Notes: a model not told the origin generated them from the letters alone. A stretch of DNA of 64,000 bases from Cyanobium sp. NIES-981 (GCA_943371215.1 CALRUA020000003.1:160456-224455), one strand, 5' to 3'. Positions 16,205 to 26,352 are shown, numbered from the stretch's first letter. Numbers and translations: made by a program.

Positions 16205-16945
16205 TCAGCGCATCACGTCGATCTGGGTGGTGTTGGAGAGCTTGGCGGGCAGGCTGAGCACCCGGCCCACCCGCTTCACCGGGGTGCCGGCCATGGCCTT
16301 CAGGAACGGCTCCACGCTGCCTTGATCGCAGTTGGCCGGTGTGGTGCCACTCACGTATTGCACCGGGATCACCCGGCGGGGAGCCAACTCCCGCACCACG
16401 GCGGCGGCTTCGGCGCCGTCGTACACCTTGGCGCCGCCGCCCACGCCGATGATCAGCACATCGGGTTTGCCGAGCAGCACCTTGTCCTCGGGCTTGAGCT
16501 GGGCCGCGGTGCCGCCGAGATGGGCGAAGTCGAGGCCGCCCTGCGTCCAGCGCCACAGGGTGGCATTGCCAAAGCGACGGCCACCGAAGCGGTCGTGGGG
16601 AGCTGCAATGCCCTCAATCCTGAGGCCGCCTACCCGGTAAGAACCTGGGCTGCTCAGCAGCCGTCCGCTGGCCACCGGAGCGCCCTCATCCAGCAGGCGG
16701 CTGCTGGCCAGGATCACCGTGGCACCCACCCGTGGTTCCGCCAGTCCGGCGGCGCAGCCCACGGCCTTGAACGGATTGAGCAACACGCTGGTGCCCCCGC
16801 CTTGAATCAGCAGTGCGCTGTGGCCGTAGCTGGTGATCGTCACGCCCGCTTCGGCCTGAACGGCCCGCGGGGCCAGGCTGGCTCCGGCCAGGGCACTGAG
16901 GGCCCCTACCGTTGCCACGCGGGAGGCCAGGGAGCGGAACGGCAC
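16205..16945 (-). CDS. Secreted metallo-beta-lactamase-fold hydrolase (UPF0173-like)
   Basis: 'VTITSYGHSALLIQGGGTSVLLNPF' and 'DVLIIGVGGG'. I chose the GTG start at 16945 because it gives the leader 'PFRSLASRVATVGALSALAGASLAPRAVQA'. The longer ORF-track start would overlap trpG. Confidence 0.7.
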   Translation of the reverse strand: MPFRSLASRVATVGALSALAGASLAPRAVQAEAGVTITSYGHSALLIQGGGTSVLLNPFKAVGCAAGLAEPRVGATVILASSRLLDEGAPVASGRLLSSPGSYRVGGLRIEGIAAPHDRFGGRRFGNATLWRWTQGGLDFAHLGGTAAQLKPEDKVLLGKPDVLIIGVGGGAKVYDGAEAAAVVRELAPRRVIPVQYVSGTTPANCDQGSVEPFLKAMAGTPVKRVGRVLSLPAKLSNTTQIDVMR

Positions 16946-16971
16946 GGGGGCTGGTGCAGGTTGGCGCGAAC

Positions 16972-17577
16972 CTAGCAGTGGTGGCCTGAGGCGGCCTGGG
17001 CCAGGAAGTTGGCCAGCAGTTGATGCCCCTCCTGGGTGAGCACGCTTTCGGGGTGGAATTGCACCCCCTGCAGGTGAGGGTAAGCGCGGTGGCGAAGGCC
17101 CATGATTGTGCCGTCCTCCAGCCAGGCGGTGATCTCCAGGCAGTCGGGCAGGCTGTCGCGCTCGGCGATCAGGCTGTGATAGCGGGTGGCGGTGAGGGGA
17201 TTGGAGAGGCCGGCGAACACCCCTTGGCCGGCGTGCAATACCGGCGAGGTCTTGCCGTGCATCAACTCCTTGGCGCGCACCACCTTGCCGCCGTACACCT
17301 GCGCGATCGACTGGTGCCCCAGGCACACCCCCAAGGTGGGGATGCTGGGGCTGAGCTCCCGCAACACCTGCAGGCACACGCCCGATTGATCGGGGTCGCC
17401 CGGGCCGGGGGAAATCAGGATCGCGTCAGGGGCCAGCTCGCGGATCTGCTCGAGGCTGAGGGCGTCGTTGCGTTCCACCCGCAGATCGGCGCTGATCGGG
17501 TGGTCCACGGCCAGCTCCCCGAGGTACTGCACCAGGTTGAAGGTGAAGCTGTCGTAGTTGTCGAGAACGAGAAGCAT
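16972..17577 (-). CDS. trpG: Anthranilate / aminodeoxychorismate synthase glutamine amidotransferase component II
   Basis: '[22 protein letters not shown]', catalytic 'LGVCLGHQ', and 'GVQFHPES'. Confidence 0.9.
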   Translation of the reverse strand: MLLVLDNYDSFTFNLVQYLGELAVDHPISADLRVERNDALSLEQIRELAPDAILISPGPGDPDQSGVCLQVLRELSPSIPTLGVCLGHQSIAQVYGGKVVRAKELMHGKTSPVLHAGQGVFAGLSNPLTATRYHSLIAERDSLPDCLEITAWLEDGTIMGLRHRAYPHLQGVQFHPESVLTQEGHQLLANFLAQAASGHHC

Positions 17578-17600
17578 CAGGCCGGCCGCCAGGCCACCAT

Positions 17601-18074
17601 TCAAACGCCCAGGCGCGCCAAGAGCGGCGGCAGCAGCAGCAGCCCCGCAATCAGCAGCGAGGCCAGGGCTGCCACCAGCACGGCGGCAGCCGCGCAGTCC
17701 TTGGCGATGCGGGCGAGGGGGTGAAAGCGGCGGCCGATCGCCAGATCCACCACGGCTTCCGTGGCGGTATTGAGCAGTTCCAGCACCAGCACGGCGGTCA
17801 CGGTGAGCACCAGAACCGCCAGCTGCCCCAGGGGCAGTTGCAGCCAGAGCCCCATGGCAAACACCACGGCGCCGGTCACCACGTGGATGCGGAAATTGCG
17901 CTGGCTGCGGAAGCCGTAGAGCAAGCCCTGGGCGGCGTAGCGGAAGCTGGCGGGAAGATCGCCGGCCACCTGCCAGGCCCCAAGGCGTCGCACCTTCCCC
18001 GCCGGGGAGGGCGTGTCCGTGAGCTCCTGCAGGGTCGGTCGCCGGGGCTGGTTCGGATCCTGGGGAACGAACAT
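17601..18074 (-). CDS. dgkA: Diacylglycerol kinase family protein (DgkA, prokaryotic type), paralog 1
   Basis: '[21 protein letters not shown]', '[12 protein letters not shown]' and '[10 protein letters not shown]'. Three TM helices. Lies in the ybeY-dgkA arrangement. Confidence 0.85.
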   Translation of the reverse strand: MFVPQDPNQPRRPTLQELTDTPSPAGKVRRLGAWQVAGDLPASFRYAAQGLLYGFRSQRNFRIHVVTGAVVFAMGLWLQLPLGQLAVLVLTVTAVLVLELLNTATEAVVDLAIGRRFHPLARIAKDCAAAAVLVAALASLLIAGLLLLPPLLARLGV

Positions 18075-18111
18075 GCTCAAAGGCGCCCTAGGGACACTCC
18101 AGGCCCGCACA

Positions 18112-18690
18112 CTACCTCTGTTGACCAGCGGCGAGTAGCTGTTCCTGGCGCGCCAACATCGCCGCCAGGCTGGCTTCATCGGGGTGGTCCCAGCCCACCA
18201 GGTGGAGTAAGCCGTGGGTCGCCAGGAACAGCACTTCCTCGCGGAGGCTGTGGCCGTGGTCGGGTGCCTGGCGCGCTGCGGTTTCCAAGGAGATCACGAT
18301 GTCGCCCAGTTCCAGGGGCTCCAGTCCGTCCCCGTCGAGCTCGTCATTCGCCCAGCTGGGCATCGGTGGCGCGTCATCGATGCCGTCGTCCTGGGCGGCA
18401 AAGGCCAACACGTCCGTGGGGCCGGTTTTGTCGCGCCAGTCCTGGTTGAGGGTGGCGATCTCGCTGTCACCCACCAGGCTCAGCCCAAGGCTGTAGGCGG
18501 GGGCCTGCAGGCTCTCGGGCAGCTCGCCCCCCAGCTGGGCCAGCCAGGTGCTGATGAAGCCATGCCAGAGTTCGGCCCCCGCCAGGGGATCGGCCATGGC
18601 CCCGGCCGCCATGAGCAGCTCTGCGGGCAGGCTGTCGTCGGCCTCAAACGCGAGGTCCAGGTCGGGCAGGGTTGCAGCGGGCTCAGCCAT
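18112..18690 (-). CDS. ybeY: rRNA maturation endoribonuclease YbeY
   Basis: Zn-binding motif 'HGLLHLVGWDH'. Confidence 0.9.
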   Translation of the reverse strand: MAEPAATLPDLDLAFEADDSLPAELLMAAGAMADPLAGAELWHGFISTWLAQLGGELPESLQAPAYSLGLSLVGDSEIATLNQDWRDKTGPTDVLAFAAQDDGIDDAPPMPSWANDELDGDGLEPLELGDIVISLETAARQAPDHGHSLREEVLFLATHGLLHLVGWDHPDEASLAAMLARQEQLLAAGQQR

Positions 18691-18693
18691 GGA

Positions 18694-18882
18694 TCAGGTG
18701 CCGGGCAGCTGGGGGCGCCCCAGCCAGGCCACCAGCACGATCAAGCCGATGAAGCCGGCCGCCGTGAGCCCGAAGTGCAGCAGGCTCAGGCGGCCCTTGC
18801 GCACCATGTTGCGCATGGCGAGCTTGGTGAAGCTGGGGTTCTCACCGCTCTGCTGCGTGGGTTGTGGGTTGGGGTCAGTCAT
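18694..18882 (-). CDS. Small single-TM protein (62 aa; cyanobacterial DUF3285-like)
   Basis: '[53 protein letters not shown]'. The ATG at 18882 overlaps the prfB end by 8 nt. The stop lies 3 nt before the ybeY ATG. The family name is from memory. Confidence 0.5.
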   Translation of the reverse strand: MTDPNPQPTQQSGENPSFTKLAMRNMVRKGRLSLLHFGLTAAGFIGLIVLVAWLGRPQLPGT

Positions 18883-20000
18883 CGCTGGAAGCTCCCACGT
18901 CAACGCCGGCATGCAGCAGGCTCTGGATGAAGGGATCCAGATCCCCGTCCATCACGCCCTGCACGTCGGTGGTCTCGTGCTGGGTGCGCAGATCCTTCAC
19001 CATCTGGTAGGGGTGGAACACATAGTTGCGGATCTGGTTGCCCCAGGCCGCTTCCACGATGTCGCCGCGGATGTCGGCGATCTCGGCGGCTCGCTGCTCC
19101 TGGGCGATCACCAGCAGCTTGGCCATCAGCAGCGCCATGGCCTTCTCCTTGTTCTGGAGCTGGGAGCGCTCCTGGGTGCAGCGCACGAACAGGCCAGTGG
19201 GGATGTGCAGGATGCGCACGGCCGTTTCCACCTTGTTCACGTTCTGGCCGCCGGCGCCACCGGAGCGGGAGGTGGTGATCTCCAGGTCCTTGTCGGGGAT
19301 GTCGAGCTTCACGTCCTGCTCGATCTTGGGCATCACCTCCACACCGGCGAAGCTGGTCTGGCGCTTGTCGTTGGCGTTGAAGGGGGAAATGCGCACCAGC
19401 CGGTGGGTGCCCTTCTCGTTGCGCAGGTAGCCGTAGGCGTAGCGACCCTCGATCTCCAGGGTGCAACTCTTGATGCCGGCCTCCTCCCCATCGCTGAGTT
19501 CCGCCACCGACACCTTCATGCCGTGGTCTTCCGCCCAGCGGGTGTACATGCGCATCAGCATCAGCGCCCAGTCCTGGGCATCGGTGCCGCCGGCGCCGGC
19601 ATTGATGTTGATCACGGCGCCCTCCTTGTCGTAGGTGCCGGAGAGCAGGCGTTCGAGTTCCCAGCGATCCAGGTCGCTCTTCAGGCTTTGTAGGCCTCCG
19701 TTGGCCTCCGCCAGCAGGTCGTCGTCGGGTTCGAGGTCGTAGAGCTCGAGGGTGGCCTCGGCATCGGCCACGGCTGCCTGCCACTGGCCCAGCTGCTCCA
19801 GCTGGGCTTTCACTTCATCCAGCTGGCGCATCTTGACCTGGGCCTGCTTTTGGTCATCCCAGAAGTCGGGCTGGGAGGCCAGTTGTTCAAGGTCCAGCTG
19901 GCGGGCTTTCAGAGCCGGTACGTCAAAGACAGTCCTGGGCATTGCCCAGGCGGTCAGTGAGCTCGGAGAGATCGCGCTTGAAGTCGGTGAGGTCGAGCAC
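18875..20000 (-). CDS. prfB: Peptide chain release factor 2, expressed through a programmed +1 frameshift
   Basis: Frame 0 runs from GTG 20000 ('[25 protein letters not shown]') to CTT-TGA. After a +1 shift the sequence continues '[15 protein letters not shown]...' through the 'SPF' and 'GGQ' ('[15 protein letters not shown]') motifs to stop 18875. Confidence 0.9.
19922..19928 (-). other. prfB +1 frameshift site CTT TGA C
   Basis: The minus strand reads ...GAC TGT CTT TGA CGT..., which is the canonical RF2 autoregulatory slip site. Confidence 0.85.
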
Positions 20001-20078
20001 CGGGGGATGTTGAACGTTGGTCTGACCGTACTGAATGGCCGGCGCTTCTAGGATCCCGCCACTGGTCTGGAGGCCCCG

Positions 20079-20339
20079 ATGGCGGCAGTGGTTGAGATCT
20101 ACACCTGGAGGGCCTGTCCGTTCTGTGTGCGGGCCAAGGCTTTGCTGGATCGCAAGGGCGTGGCCTACACCGAATTCGCCATTGATGGCGATGAACCGGC
20201 CCGCACCGCCATGGCGGCCAAGAGCGGCGGACGCCGCAGTGTGCCCCAGACCTTCATCAACGGCCAGCACGTGGGCGGCTGCGACGACCTGCACGCCCTC
20301 GAGCGCTCCGGCCAGCTCGATGCCCTGCTGGGGGCCTGA
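20079..20339 (+). CDS. grxC: Glutaredoxin 3 (CPFC active site)
   Basis: '[16 protein letters not shown]' and '[17 protein letters not shown]'. Confidence 0.92.
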   Translation: MAAVVEIYTWRACPFCVRAKALLDRKGVAYTEFAIDGDEPARTAMAAKSGGRRSVPQTFINGQHVGGCDDLHALERSGQLDALLGA

Positions 20340-20341
20340 GC

Positions 20342-21334
20342 TTGACGCCGATTGACACCGGGCGGGAGCCCCAGCTGTTTGTGATCGATCCGATCGCCCG
20401 GCTGCGTCCCACCAAGGACTCCAGCGTGGCTCTGATGCAGGCAGCCCAGCGGGCCGGCCAGCAGGTGTGGGTGTGCACGCCTGCCCAGTTGGCTGTGCAT
20501 GGCCGGGACCCAGCCCATGAACCCCTGGTGCTGGCCCAGCCGGTACGGCTGGCTGAGATCCTCCCAACGACCACGGGTTGGGACCTGCCCGATCCCTGGT
20601 TTGAGGCAGGCGATTCCCGCTGGCTGCCGCTGGCCCAGTTCCCCCGGGTGTGGATGCGCAAGGACCCCCCGGTGGATGAGGCCTATCTCTATGCCACCCA
20701 TTTGCTTGAGCTGGCTGAGCGCCTGGGGGTGCGGGTGCTCAACCGCCCGGCCTCGCTGCGGGCTTGGAACGAGAAGCTCGGAGCTCTGCGCTGGAGCCAC
20801 CTGATGGCCCCCTCCCTGGTGAGCAGCGATGCCCAGCAGCTGGAAACCTTCGCCATCAACCATGGCGATGTGGTGCTCAAGCCCCTGGGCGGCCGGGCCG
20901 GTCAGGGGGTGGTGCGCAGCCATGGGGGAGCGCCCGGCCTCAAGGCCCTGTTGGAGCTGGTGACCAACCAGCAGCAGTTGCCGGTGATGGTGCAGGCCTT
21001 TTTGCCGGCCGTCACGGCCGGAGACAAGCGCATCCTGCTGGTGAACGGGGAGCCCCTTGGGGCGGTGAACCGCAAGCCGGCTGCCGGTGAATTCCGCAGC
21101 AATCTGGCGGTGGGCGGTGAGCCGGAGGCCAGTGAGCTCACTGATCAGGAGCGGCGCATCTGCGCCGAACTGGCCCCGGCCCTGCAGGCCGAGGGCCTCT
21201 TTTTCGTGGGCATCGATGTGATCGATGGCCGGCTCAGCGAGATCAACGTCACCAGCCCCACGGGGGTGCGGGAGGTGGAGCGCCTGGGGGGCATCCCCCT
21301 GGCCGACCTCACGATGGAGCGCCTGCTGGCCTGA
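20342..21334 (+). CDS. gshB: Glutathione synthetase (ATP-grasp)
   Basis: '[16 protein letters not shown]', '[19 protein letters not shown]', '[13 protein letters not shown]' and '[18 protein letters not shown]'. TTG start, so the start is uncertain. Confidence 0.88.
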   Translation: MTPIDTGREPQLFVIDPIARLRPTKDSSVALMQAAQRAGQQVWVCTPAQLAVHGRDPAHEPLVLAQPVRLAEILPTTTGWDLPDPWFEAGDSRWLPLAQFPRVWMRKDPPVDEAYLYATHLLELAERLGVRVLNRPASLRAWNEKLGALRWSHLMAPSLVSSDAQQLETFAINHGDVVLKPLGGRAGQGVVRSHGGAPGLKALLELVTNQQQLPVMVQAFLPAVTAGDKRILLVNGEPLGAVNRKPAAGEFRSNLAVGGEPEASELTDQERRICAELAPALQAEGLFFVGIDVIDGRLSEINVTSPTGVREVERLGGIPLADLTMERLLA

Positions 21335-22709
21335 GCGGCAGGCTCATCTGCTGCTGCAGCACCCCCAGCTTGAGGGCCACTTCCTGCAGTTCCCGCTCCG
21401 GCACCGAGCCCTGCACGAGGCCGGCGCCGGCGGTGAGCTCCAGGCGCTGGCCCTGCAGGCTGCCGCTGCGGATCGCCACCCGCAACTCGGTGTCGCCGGC
21501 GCTGTCGATCCAGCCGATCGGGGCGGCATAGAACCCTCGCTCAAAGGGCTCCAGGCTGCGCAGGGCGGCCATGGCTTCGCGCCGCGGCAGGCCTGCCACC
21601 GCCGGGGTGGGATGCAGGGCACCGGCCAGGGCGAGCGGTTGTTGCTCCCCCAGAGTGGCGGTGATGGGGGTGTGGAGATGCACCAGTTGGCCGTGGCGGG
21701 CGAGTCTGGGGTGGCGCGGTCGGCGGGTGTCCAGCCCGGCCTGCTGCAGCACCTCGGTGATGGCCTCCACCACCAGCTCGTGCTCGCGGCGGTCCTTGTC
21801 GGAACTGGTGAGTTGATCAGCGGCGGGGCCAATCGGGGCTGTGCCGGCGAGGGCATCACTGCGCAATTGCCCCTGGCGCACGGTGAGCAACCGTTCCGGG
21901 GAGGCTCCCAGTAGGGCGGCTCCGTCGCCCTGTTGCCAGAGGAAGCGGCAGCTGCCCGGTTGGCGCTGGCGCAGATGGGATAGCAGTTGCAGGGGGTCGA
22001 GGGGGCGCTCCAGCAGCAGTTGCTGGCGCACCGCCAGCACCAGCTTGCGCAGGCACCCTGATTCCACCAGCTCCAGGCCCCGCTCCACGGCCGAGCGATA
22101 GCCCTCCTGCCAGGGGGAACTGGTGGTGATGGCCGGACTGCTGCCGTGAGGATCGCTGCTGGGATCGGCGGGCAGGGCGGCCAGCAGGCGGGCTTGCTCC
22201 CACAGTTCTTCGGCCAGGGAGCGGGCCGTCACATCACCGCCCAGGTTGCGTTGCAGTCGCAGCCAGCAGTGACGCCCCTGGCGGCTCAGTTGCCAGCGGG
22301 GCAGCACCGCCTGTACGCCGGGCATGCCCTCGCCCTCCTGCAGGGGGCTGTCAAAGAAGGAAAAGGCCAGGAGCACCCGCGGCCGGGCGAGGGGCGGACT
22401 GGCCTGGGGTGCGGCCAGGCGGTTGAGGCTCACGGCGCTGAAGCGCTGGGCCAGCTCGAAGCGGCGCGGGCCACTGAGCTCCAGGCTGTTGGTGCGGCCG
22501 CTGGCGGCTAGGCAGAGGCCCGGAGCGCTGTCCCACAGGAAGCGGAAGCGCTCCAGTCCGCCCAGGTGGGGCAGCAGCGCCATGGGGTCGCGGCCGGGCA
22601 GCGGCACCGCCAGGCTCAGCACGCCATCCCCTTCCAGCTGGCGGGCCCCCTGGGCCGCGGCAGCCAGCAAATCGGAGAAGCTGGTTGTGACGCTGGATGG
22701 AGCCTGCAC
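21309..22709 (-). CDS. menF: Isochorismate synthase (phylloquinone pathway)
   Basis: Chorismate-binding C-terminus: '[12 protein letters not shown]', '[28 protein letters not shown]' and '[13 protein letters not shown]'. The start is uncertain. GTG 22709 gives 466 aa; the ORF-track TTG at 22799 is the alternative. Confidence 0.82.
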   Translation of the reverse strand: MQAPSSVTTSFSDLLAAAAQGARQLEGDGVLSLAVPLPGRDPMALLPHLGGLERFRFLWDSAPGLCLAASGRTNSLELSGPRRFELAQRFSAVSLNRLAAPQASPPLARPRVLLAFSFFDSPLQEGEGMPGVQAVLPRWQLSRQGRHCWLRLQRNLGGDVTARSLAEELWEQARLLAALPADPSSDPHGSSPAITTSSPWQEGYRSAVERGLELVESGCLRKLVLAVRQQLLLERPLDPLQLLSHLRQRQPGSCRFLWQQGDGAALLGASPERLLTVRQGQLRSDALAGTAPIGPAADQLTSSDKDRREHELVVEAITEVLQQAGLDTRRPRHPRLARHGQLVHLHTPITATLGEQQPLALAGALHPTPAVAGLPRREAMAALRSLEPFERGFYAAPIGWIDSAGDTELRVAIRSGSLQGQRLELTAGAGLVQGSVPERELQEVALKLGVLQQQMSLPLRPAGAPS

Positions 22710-22762
22710 CGGGGCCGGGCCGAAGCGGCTGCTCAAATGTATGGGCCTTGCCCCACCCCCAG

Positions 22763-23743
22763 TTGCCGGCACCCACGTCCGAGCCCCAGGTCGTCGCAAG
22801 CCTTCACGCCGATGGGGGCCCGGATCGCCGCCGCCTGTGGAAGGCGGCGATCAAGTGGCCGATGTATGCGGTGGCGGTGATGCCGGTGCTGCTGGCGGCC
22901 GGTTGGCGGGCCGGTGCGGGCCTACCGGTCCGCCTGGATCAGCTGTTGGTGTTTCTGCTGGCGGCGGTGCTGCTGCTGGCCTGGGAAAACCTGGCCAATG
23001 ATGTGTTTGACGCTGAAACCGGTGTGGACACCCACGGCAAGCCCCACTCCCTGGTGAACCTCACCGGCCGACGCGACCGCGTGGTGATCTGGGCGAATGG
23101 GGCCTTGCTGCTGGGGCTTGGGCTGATGGCCCTGGTGGCCCTGCGCAGCAGCCCGGTGGTGCTGGCCCTGGTGCTGGCCTGCTGCGGCATCGGCTACGCC
23201 TACCAGGGGCCGCCGTTCCGTCTCGGCTATCGCGGCCTGGGCGAACCTCTCTGCTGGCTCGCCTTCGGGCCTTTGGCCACCGCCGCTGGCCTGCTGGCCC
23301 TGGCGCCGGCGGCCGAGGCCGCTGCTGAGGGTGTGCCCTGGCGGACAGCCATCGCGTTGGGCAGCGGCCCCGCCCTGGCCACCACCCTGGTGTTGTTCTG
23401 TTCCCACTTCCATCAGGTGGAGGAAGACGCAGCCCACGGCAAGCGCTCCCCCGTGGTGCGCCTGGGCACGGGCCGGGCCGCGGCGCTGGTGCCCTGGTTC
23501 GTGGCCGGCAGCCTGGCCCTGCAGTGGGCCCCGGTGCTGGTGGGCCAGTGGCCCCTCACCGCCCTGCTGGGAGTGGCCGGGTTGCCACCCGCCCAGGCCC
23601 TGATCCGTCTGTTGCGCCAGCACCACCGGGAGCCGGAACGGATTGTGGGCAGCAAGTTTCTGGCGCTGCGTTTTCAGGCCCTCAATGGCCTCGGTTTAGC
23701 CCTGGGGCTGGCCATCGCCCCCCTGCTGTTGGCTGGGCGGTGA
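22763..23743 (+). CDS. menA: 1,4-dihydroxy-2-naphthoate phytyltransferase (UbiA family)
   Basis: 'RRRLWKAAIKWPMYAVAVMPVLLAAG', 'NDVFDAETGVD' (Asp-rich prenyltransferase motif) and multiple TM helices. The start is ambiguous. TTG 22763 gives 'MPAPTSEPQ...'; ATG 22697 is the longest option and would overlap menF divergently. Confidence 0.82.
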   Translation: MPAPTSEPQVVASLHADGGPDRRRLWKAAIKWPMYAVAVMPVLLAAGWRAGAGLPVRLDQLLVFLLAAVLLLAWENLANDVFDAETGVDTHGKPHSLVNLTGRRDRVVIWANGALLLGLGLMALVALRSSPVVLALVLACCGIGYAYQGPPFRLGYRGLGEPLCWLAFGPLATAAGLLALAPAAEAAAEGVPWRTAIALGSGPALATTLVLFCSHFHQVEEDAAHGKRSPVVRLGTGRAAALVPWFVAGSLALQWAPVLVGQWPLTALLGVAGLPPAQALIRLLRQHHREPERIVGSKFLALRFQALNGLGLALGLAIAPLLLAGR

Positions 23744-24708
23744 TGGCCCAGGGCGCGCTGCAGCTGGCCTGGCGGCCCTTCAGCTTTGCGTTGCCGCGCA
23801 GCATGGTCACAGCCCATGGCGCTCTGGAGCAGCGGCGCGGCTGGTTGCTGCGGCTGCAGGGCAGCGATGGGCGCGTGGGCTGGGGGGAGGCGGCGCCCCT
23901 GGTGGGTGAGGCCGCTCATCCCAAACACCTGGGCGGCTGCATGGATCGGACCGTGCTGGAGCAGCAGTTGGAGGGCTTGCCCGCCTCCCTGGCCTGTGCG
24001 TGTGGCATGGCCCTGGCGGAACTGGATGGACTGGGCAGTGCCCGGAGCGGCGGCTGGCTGCCAGCGCCCCCCTCGGCCCACCTTCTGCCGGCCGGTGAGG
24101 CGATGCTGCCAGCCCTGGAGCAGGCACTGGCTTTGGCCTCGGCCGCCGGCCATCCCCTGGTGGTGAAGTGGAAGGTGGCGGCGGCAGACGATCTCCTGGA
24201 ACGACGACTGCTCCTGGAGCTGCTGGATGGGTTGCCCCCATCGGCACGGCTGCGGCTGGATGCCAATGGCGGATGGGATCGCGCCACCGCCAGCTGGTGG
24301 GCCGATCTATTGGTGGAAGATCCTCGGCTGGATTGGCTGGAGCAGCCCCTGCCGCCCGCGGATCATGCGGGGCTGGAGGCCTTGGCGGACTATCTGCCCG
24401 TTGCCCTCGATGAATCGCTGCGGGTCCGCCCTGAGCTGATGCGGCACGGCTGGAGTGGTTGGCAGGTGCGCCGCCCTGCCGTGGAGGGCGACCCCCGGCC
24501 CCTGCTGGCGGCCCTGGCGGCGGGAACCCCCCAGTTGATGGTGAGTACGGCCCTGGAAACGGGCATCGGTCGCCGGCTGGTGGCCCACCTGGCGGCCCTG
24601 CAGGCCCAGGGGCCCACACCCATCGCTCCAGGTCTGGCCCCTGGCTGGCGGCCCCAGGGCGCCCTGTTCAGTGTCGATCCTCTGCAGGTGTGGGAGGCGG
24701 CGGCATGA
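23743..24708 (+). CDS. menC: o-Succinylbenzoate synthase (enolase superfamily)
   Basis: 'LRLDANGGWD' and 'LEQPLP..D' are enolase-superfamily metal-ligand blocks. The gene sits between menA and menE with a TGATG overlap (menA) and an ATGA overlap (menE). Confidence 0.82.
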   Translation: MAQGALQLAWRPFSFALPRSMVTAHGALEQRRGWLLRLQGSDGRVGWGEAAPLVGEAAHPKHLGGCMDRTVLEQQLEGLPASLACACGMALAELDGLGSARSGGWLPAPPSAHLLPAGEAMLPALEQALALASAAGHPLVVKWKVAAADDLLERRLLLELLDGLPPSARLRLDANGGWDRATASWWADLLVEDPRLDWLEQPLPPADHAGLEALADYLPVALDESLRVRPELMRHGWSGWQVRRPAVEGDPRPLLAALAAGTPQLMVSTALETGIGRRLVAHLAALQAQGPTPIAPGLAPGWRPQGALFSVDPLQVWEAAA

Positions 24709-25928
24709 CCCGTCCGGTTCAGCTGCTCAGCAGCGATGGCGATCCGGCCCTGCTGGCCCAGAAGCTTGGCGCCCACTGGGCCGGCGGGTACACCGTGGCG
24801 CTGGCCACGACCCTGGAGCGCCAGATCCTGCAGGCGGCCCTGCCGCCCGAGATCCCCGAGGGGATGGGGCCGGCGGTGGTGTTGGGCACGGGCGGTAGCT
24901 CGGGCCGCCGCCGCTGGTGTGTACAGCCCCTGTCCCACCTGGAGGCGGCTGCTGACGCCACGGGGCACTGGCTGCTGGCACTCGGGCTTGATCCAAGGGC
25001 CGTGGAGCTGTTCAACCCTTTGCCCCTGCACCACATCAGTGGCCTGATGCCCCTGGTGCGGGCCCGGCGCTGGGGGGCTCCGCTGCGCTGGTTGACATCC
25101 GACGCGATGCGTGACCCCGCTCGTCTGGCGGTGGAGCAGCCCCTGCCAGCCGGGCGCAGGGCGCTGTTGTCGCTCGTGCCTCTCCAGTTGCAGCGCCTGA
25201 TCGAGCACCCTGCCGGCCTGGCCTGGCTACGGGGCTTTGCCTTGATCTGGGTGGGTGGTGCGGGCCTGGCTCCAGGCCTGGCGGAGCAGGGCCGCCGGGA
25301 GGGGCTGCGGTTGTCGCCCTGCTACGGCAGCACGGAAACTGGGGCCATGGTCTGCGCCCTGCCGCCGGAGCGGTTTCTGGCAGGTGTAGCCGGGTGCGGG
25401 CTGCCCTTGCCCCATGGGGCTCTGCAGCTGGAGCCCCACAGCGGCGCCCTGCAGATCCGCGCCAGCAGCCTGGCGGCAGGGTTTGTGGAGCAGGGCCAGT
25501 GGTGGCCCCTTCCCCTGGAGCAGGGCTGGTGGACCAGCGGTGATCGGGCCGTGCTGTCGCCGGAGGGGGTGCAGCTGGTGGGGCGGCTGGATGGGGCGAT
25601 CAACAGTGGCGGTGAAACGGTGTTCCCCGAGCAGGTGGAACAGCGCCTGAGGCAGCTGGCCCAGGCGGACGGCCTGCCCCTGGAGGCGCTGTTGCTGGTG
25701 GGCTGCAGGGATGCCGTCTGGGGGGAGCGGCTGGTGGCGTTGGTGCGACCGGGGGTGGAGGCTCTGTGCGAGCGCCTGGCTCTGCTGGCCCGTGAGCTGC
25801 CACCCAGCCAGCGGCCCCAGTGCTGGCTGCATTGTCCGGATCTGGCTCCCACGGCCCTGGGCAAGTGGGAGCGAGGCCGCTGGAGCGCCTGGGCGGAGGG
25901 CCTTAGAGCGGCCGAACTCCAGCCGTGA
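24705..25928 (+). CDS. menE: o-Succinylbenzoate--CoA ligase (adenylate-forming)
   Basis: 'LGTGGSSGRRR' (AMP-binding P-loop variant), 'CYGSTETG', 'WWTSGDRAV' and 'INSGGETVFPEQVE'. Confidence 0.82.
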   Translation: MTRPVQLLSSDGDPALLAQKLGAHWAGGYTVALATTLERQILQAALPPEIPEGMGPAVVLGTGGSSGRRRWCVQPLSHLEAAADATGHWLLALGLDPRAVELFNPLPLHHISGLMPLVRARRWGAPLRWLTSDAMRDPARLAVEQPLPAGRRALLSLVPLQLQRLIEHPAGLAWLRGFALIWVGGAGLAPGLAEQGRREGLRLSPCYGSTETGAMVCALPPERFLAGVAGCGLPLPHGALQLEPHSGALQIRASSLAAGFVEQGQWWPLPLEQGWWTSGDRAVLSPEGVQLVGRLDGAINSGGETVFPEQVEQRLRQLAQADGLPLEALLLVGCRDAVWGERLVALVRPGVEALCERLALLARELPPSQRPQCWLHCPDLAPTALGKWERGRWSAWAEGLRAAELQP

Positions 25929-26352
25929 GGCTGGAGGCTTCCAGCCAGCGGTTGATGCTCTCGGGTAGAGGGCAGCGCTGGCGGCTGCCGCTGCTGATGG
26001 CGAGATGGCGGGTTAGGCCTGTGGCCACCGTGGTGCCCTTGCTGCTGAAGCTGTAGCGGAGTTCGAAACAGCCCGCGTCCAGACGCTGGGGGGCGAGGGC
26101 GATGGCGAGGGGATCGCCGCACACCAGCGGTCTGCGGAAGTCTGCGCTGCAGTGCACGATCGGCAGCGCCACCTCCGGGCTCTGGTCTGGGGTGGGAAAG
26201 ACGCTGGCGGGAGGGATGCCGAAGCGCTCCAGGCTTTCCTCATAGGCCTCATGGCACCACTGCAGCAGCCGCGCGAAGTGCATCACCCCGGCGGCATCGG
26301 TGTCGCCGAAGCGCACAGTGCGGCAGAGCAGAAGCCAGTCGTGGGGGTCCAT
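25903..26352 (-). CDS. Hotdog-fold thioesterase, likely 1,4-dihydroxy-2-naphthoyl-CoA hydrolase
   Basis: 4HBT-type 'VRFGDTDAAGVMHFARLLQWCHEAYEESL'. It lies adjacent and convergent to menE, as with the cyanobacterial DHNA-CoA thioesterase. Start is ATG 26352 or 26385. Confidence 0.7.
   Translation of the reverse strand: MDPHDWLLLCRTVRFGDTDAAGVMHFARLLQWCHEAYEESLERFGIPPASVFPTPDQSPEVALPIVHCSADFRRPLVCGDPLAIALAPQRLDAGCFELRYSFSSKGTTVATGLTRHLAISSGSRQRCPLPESINRWLEASSLTAGVRPL

Noticed and set aside
18112-18179. The long ORF-track N-terminal extensions of dgkA (to 18179), trpG (to 17604), the MBL hydrolase (to 17377), ndhF (to 57642) and nagA (to 35888)
   Set aside because: The extensions are Arg/Pro/Ala-rich, overlap the upstream gene, and precede an internal ATG or GTG that gives an N-terminus typical of the family. 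I used the shorter starts.
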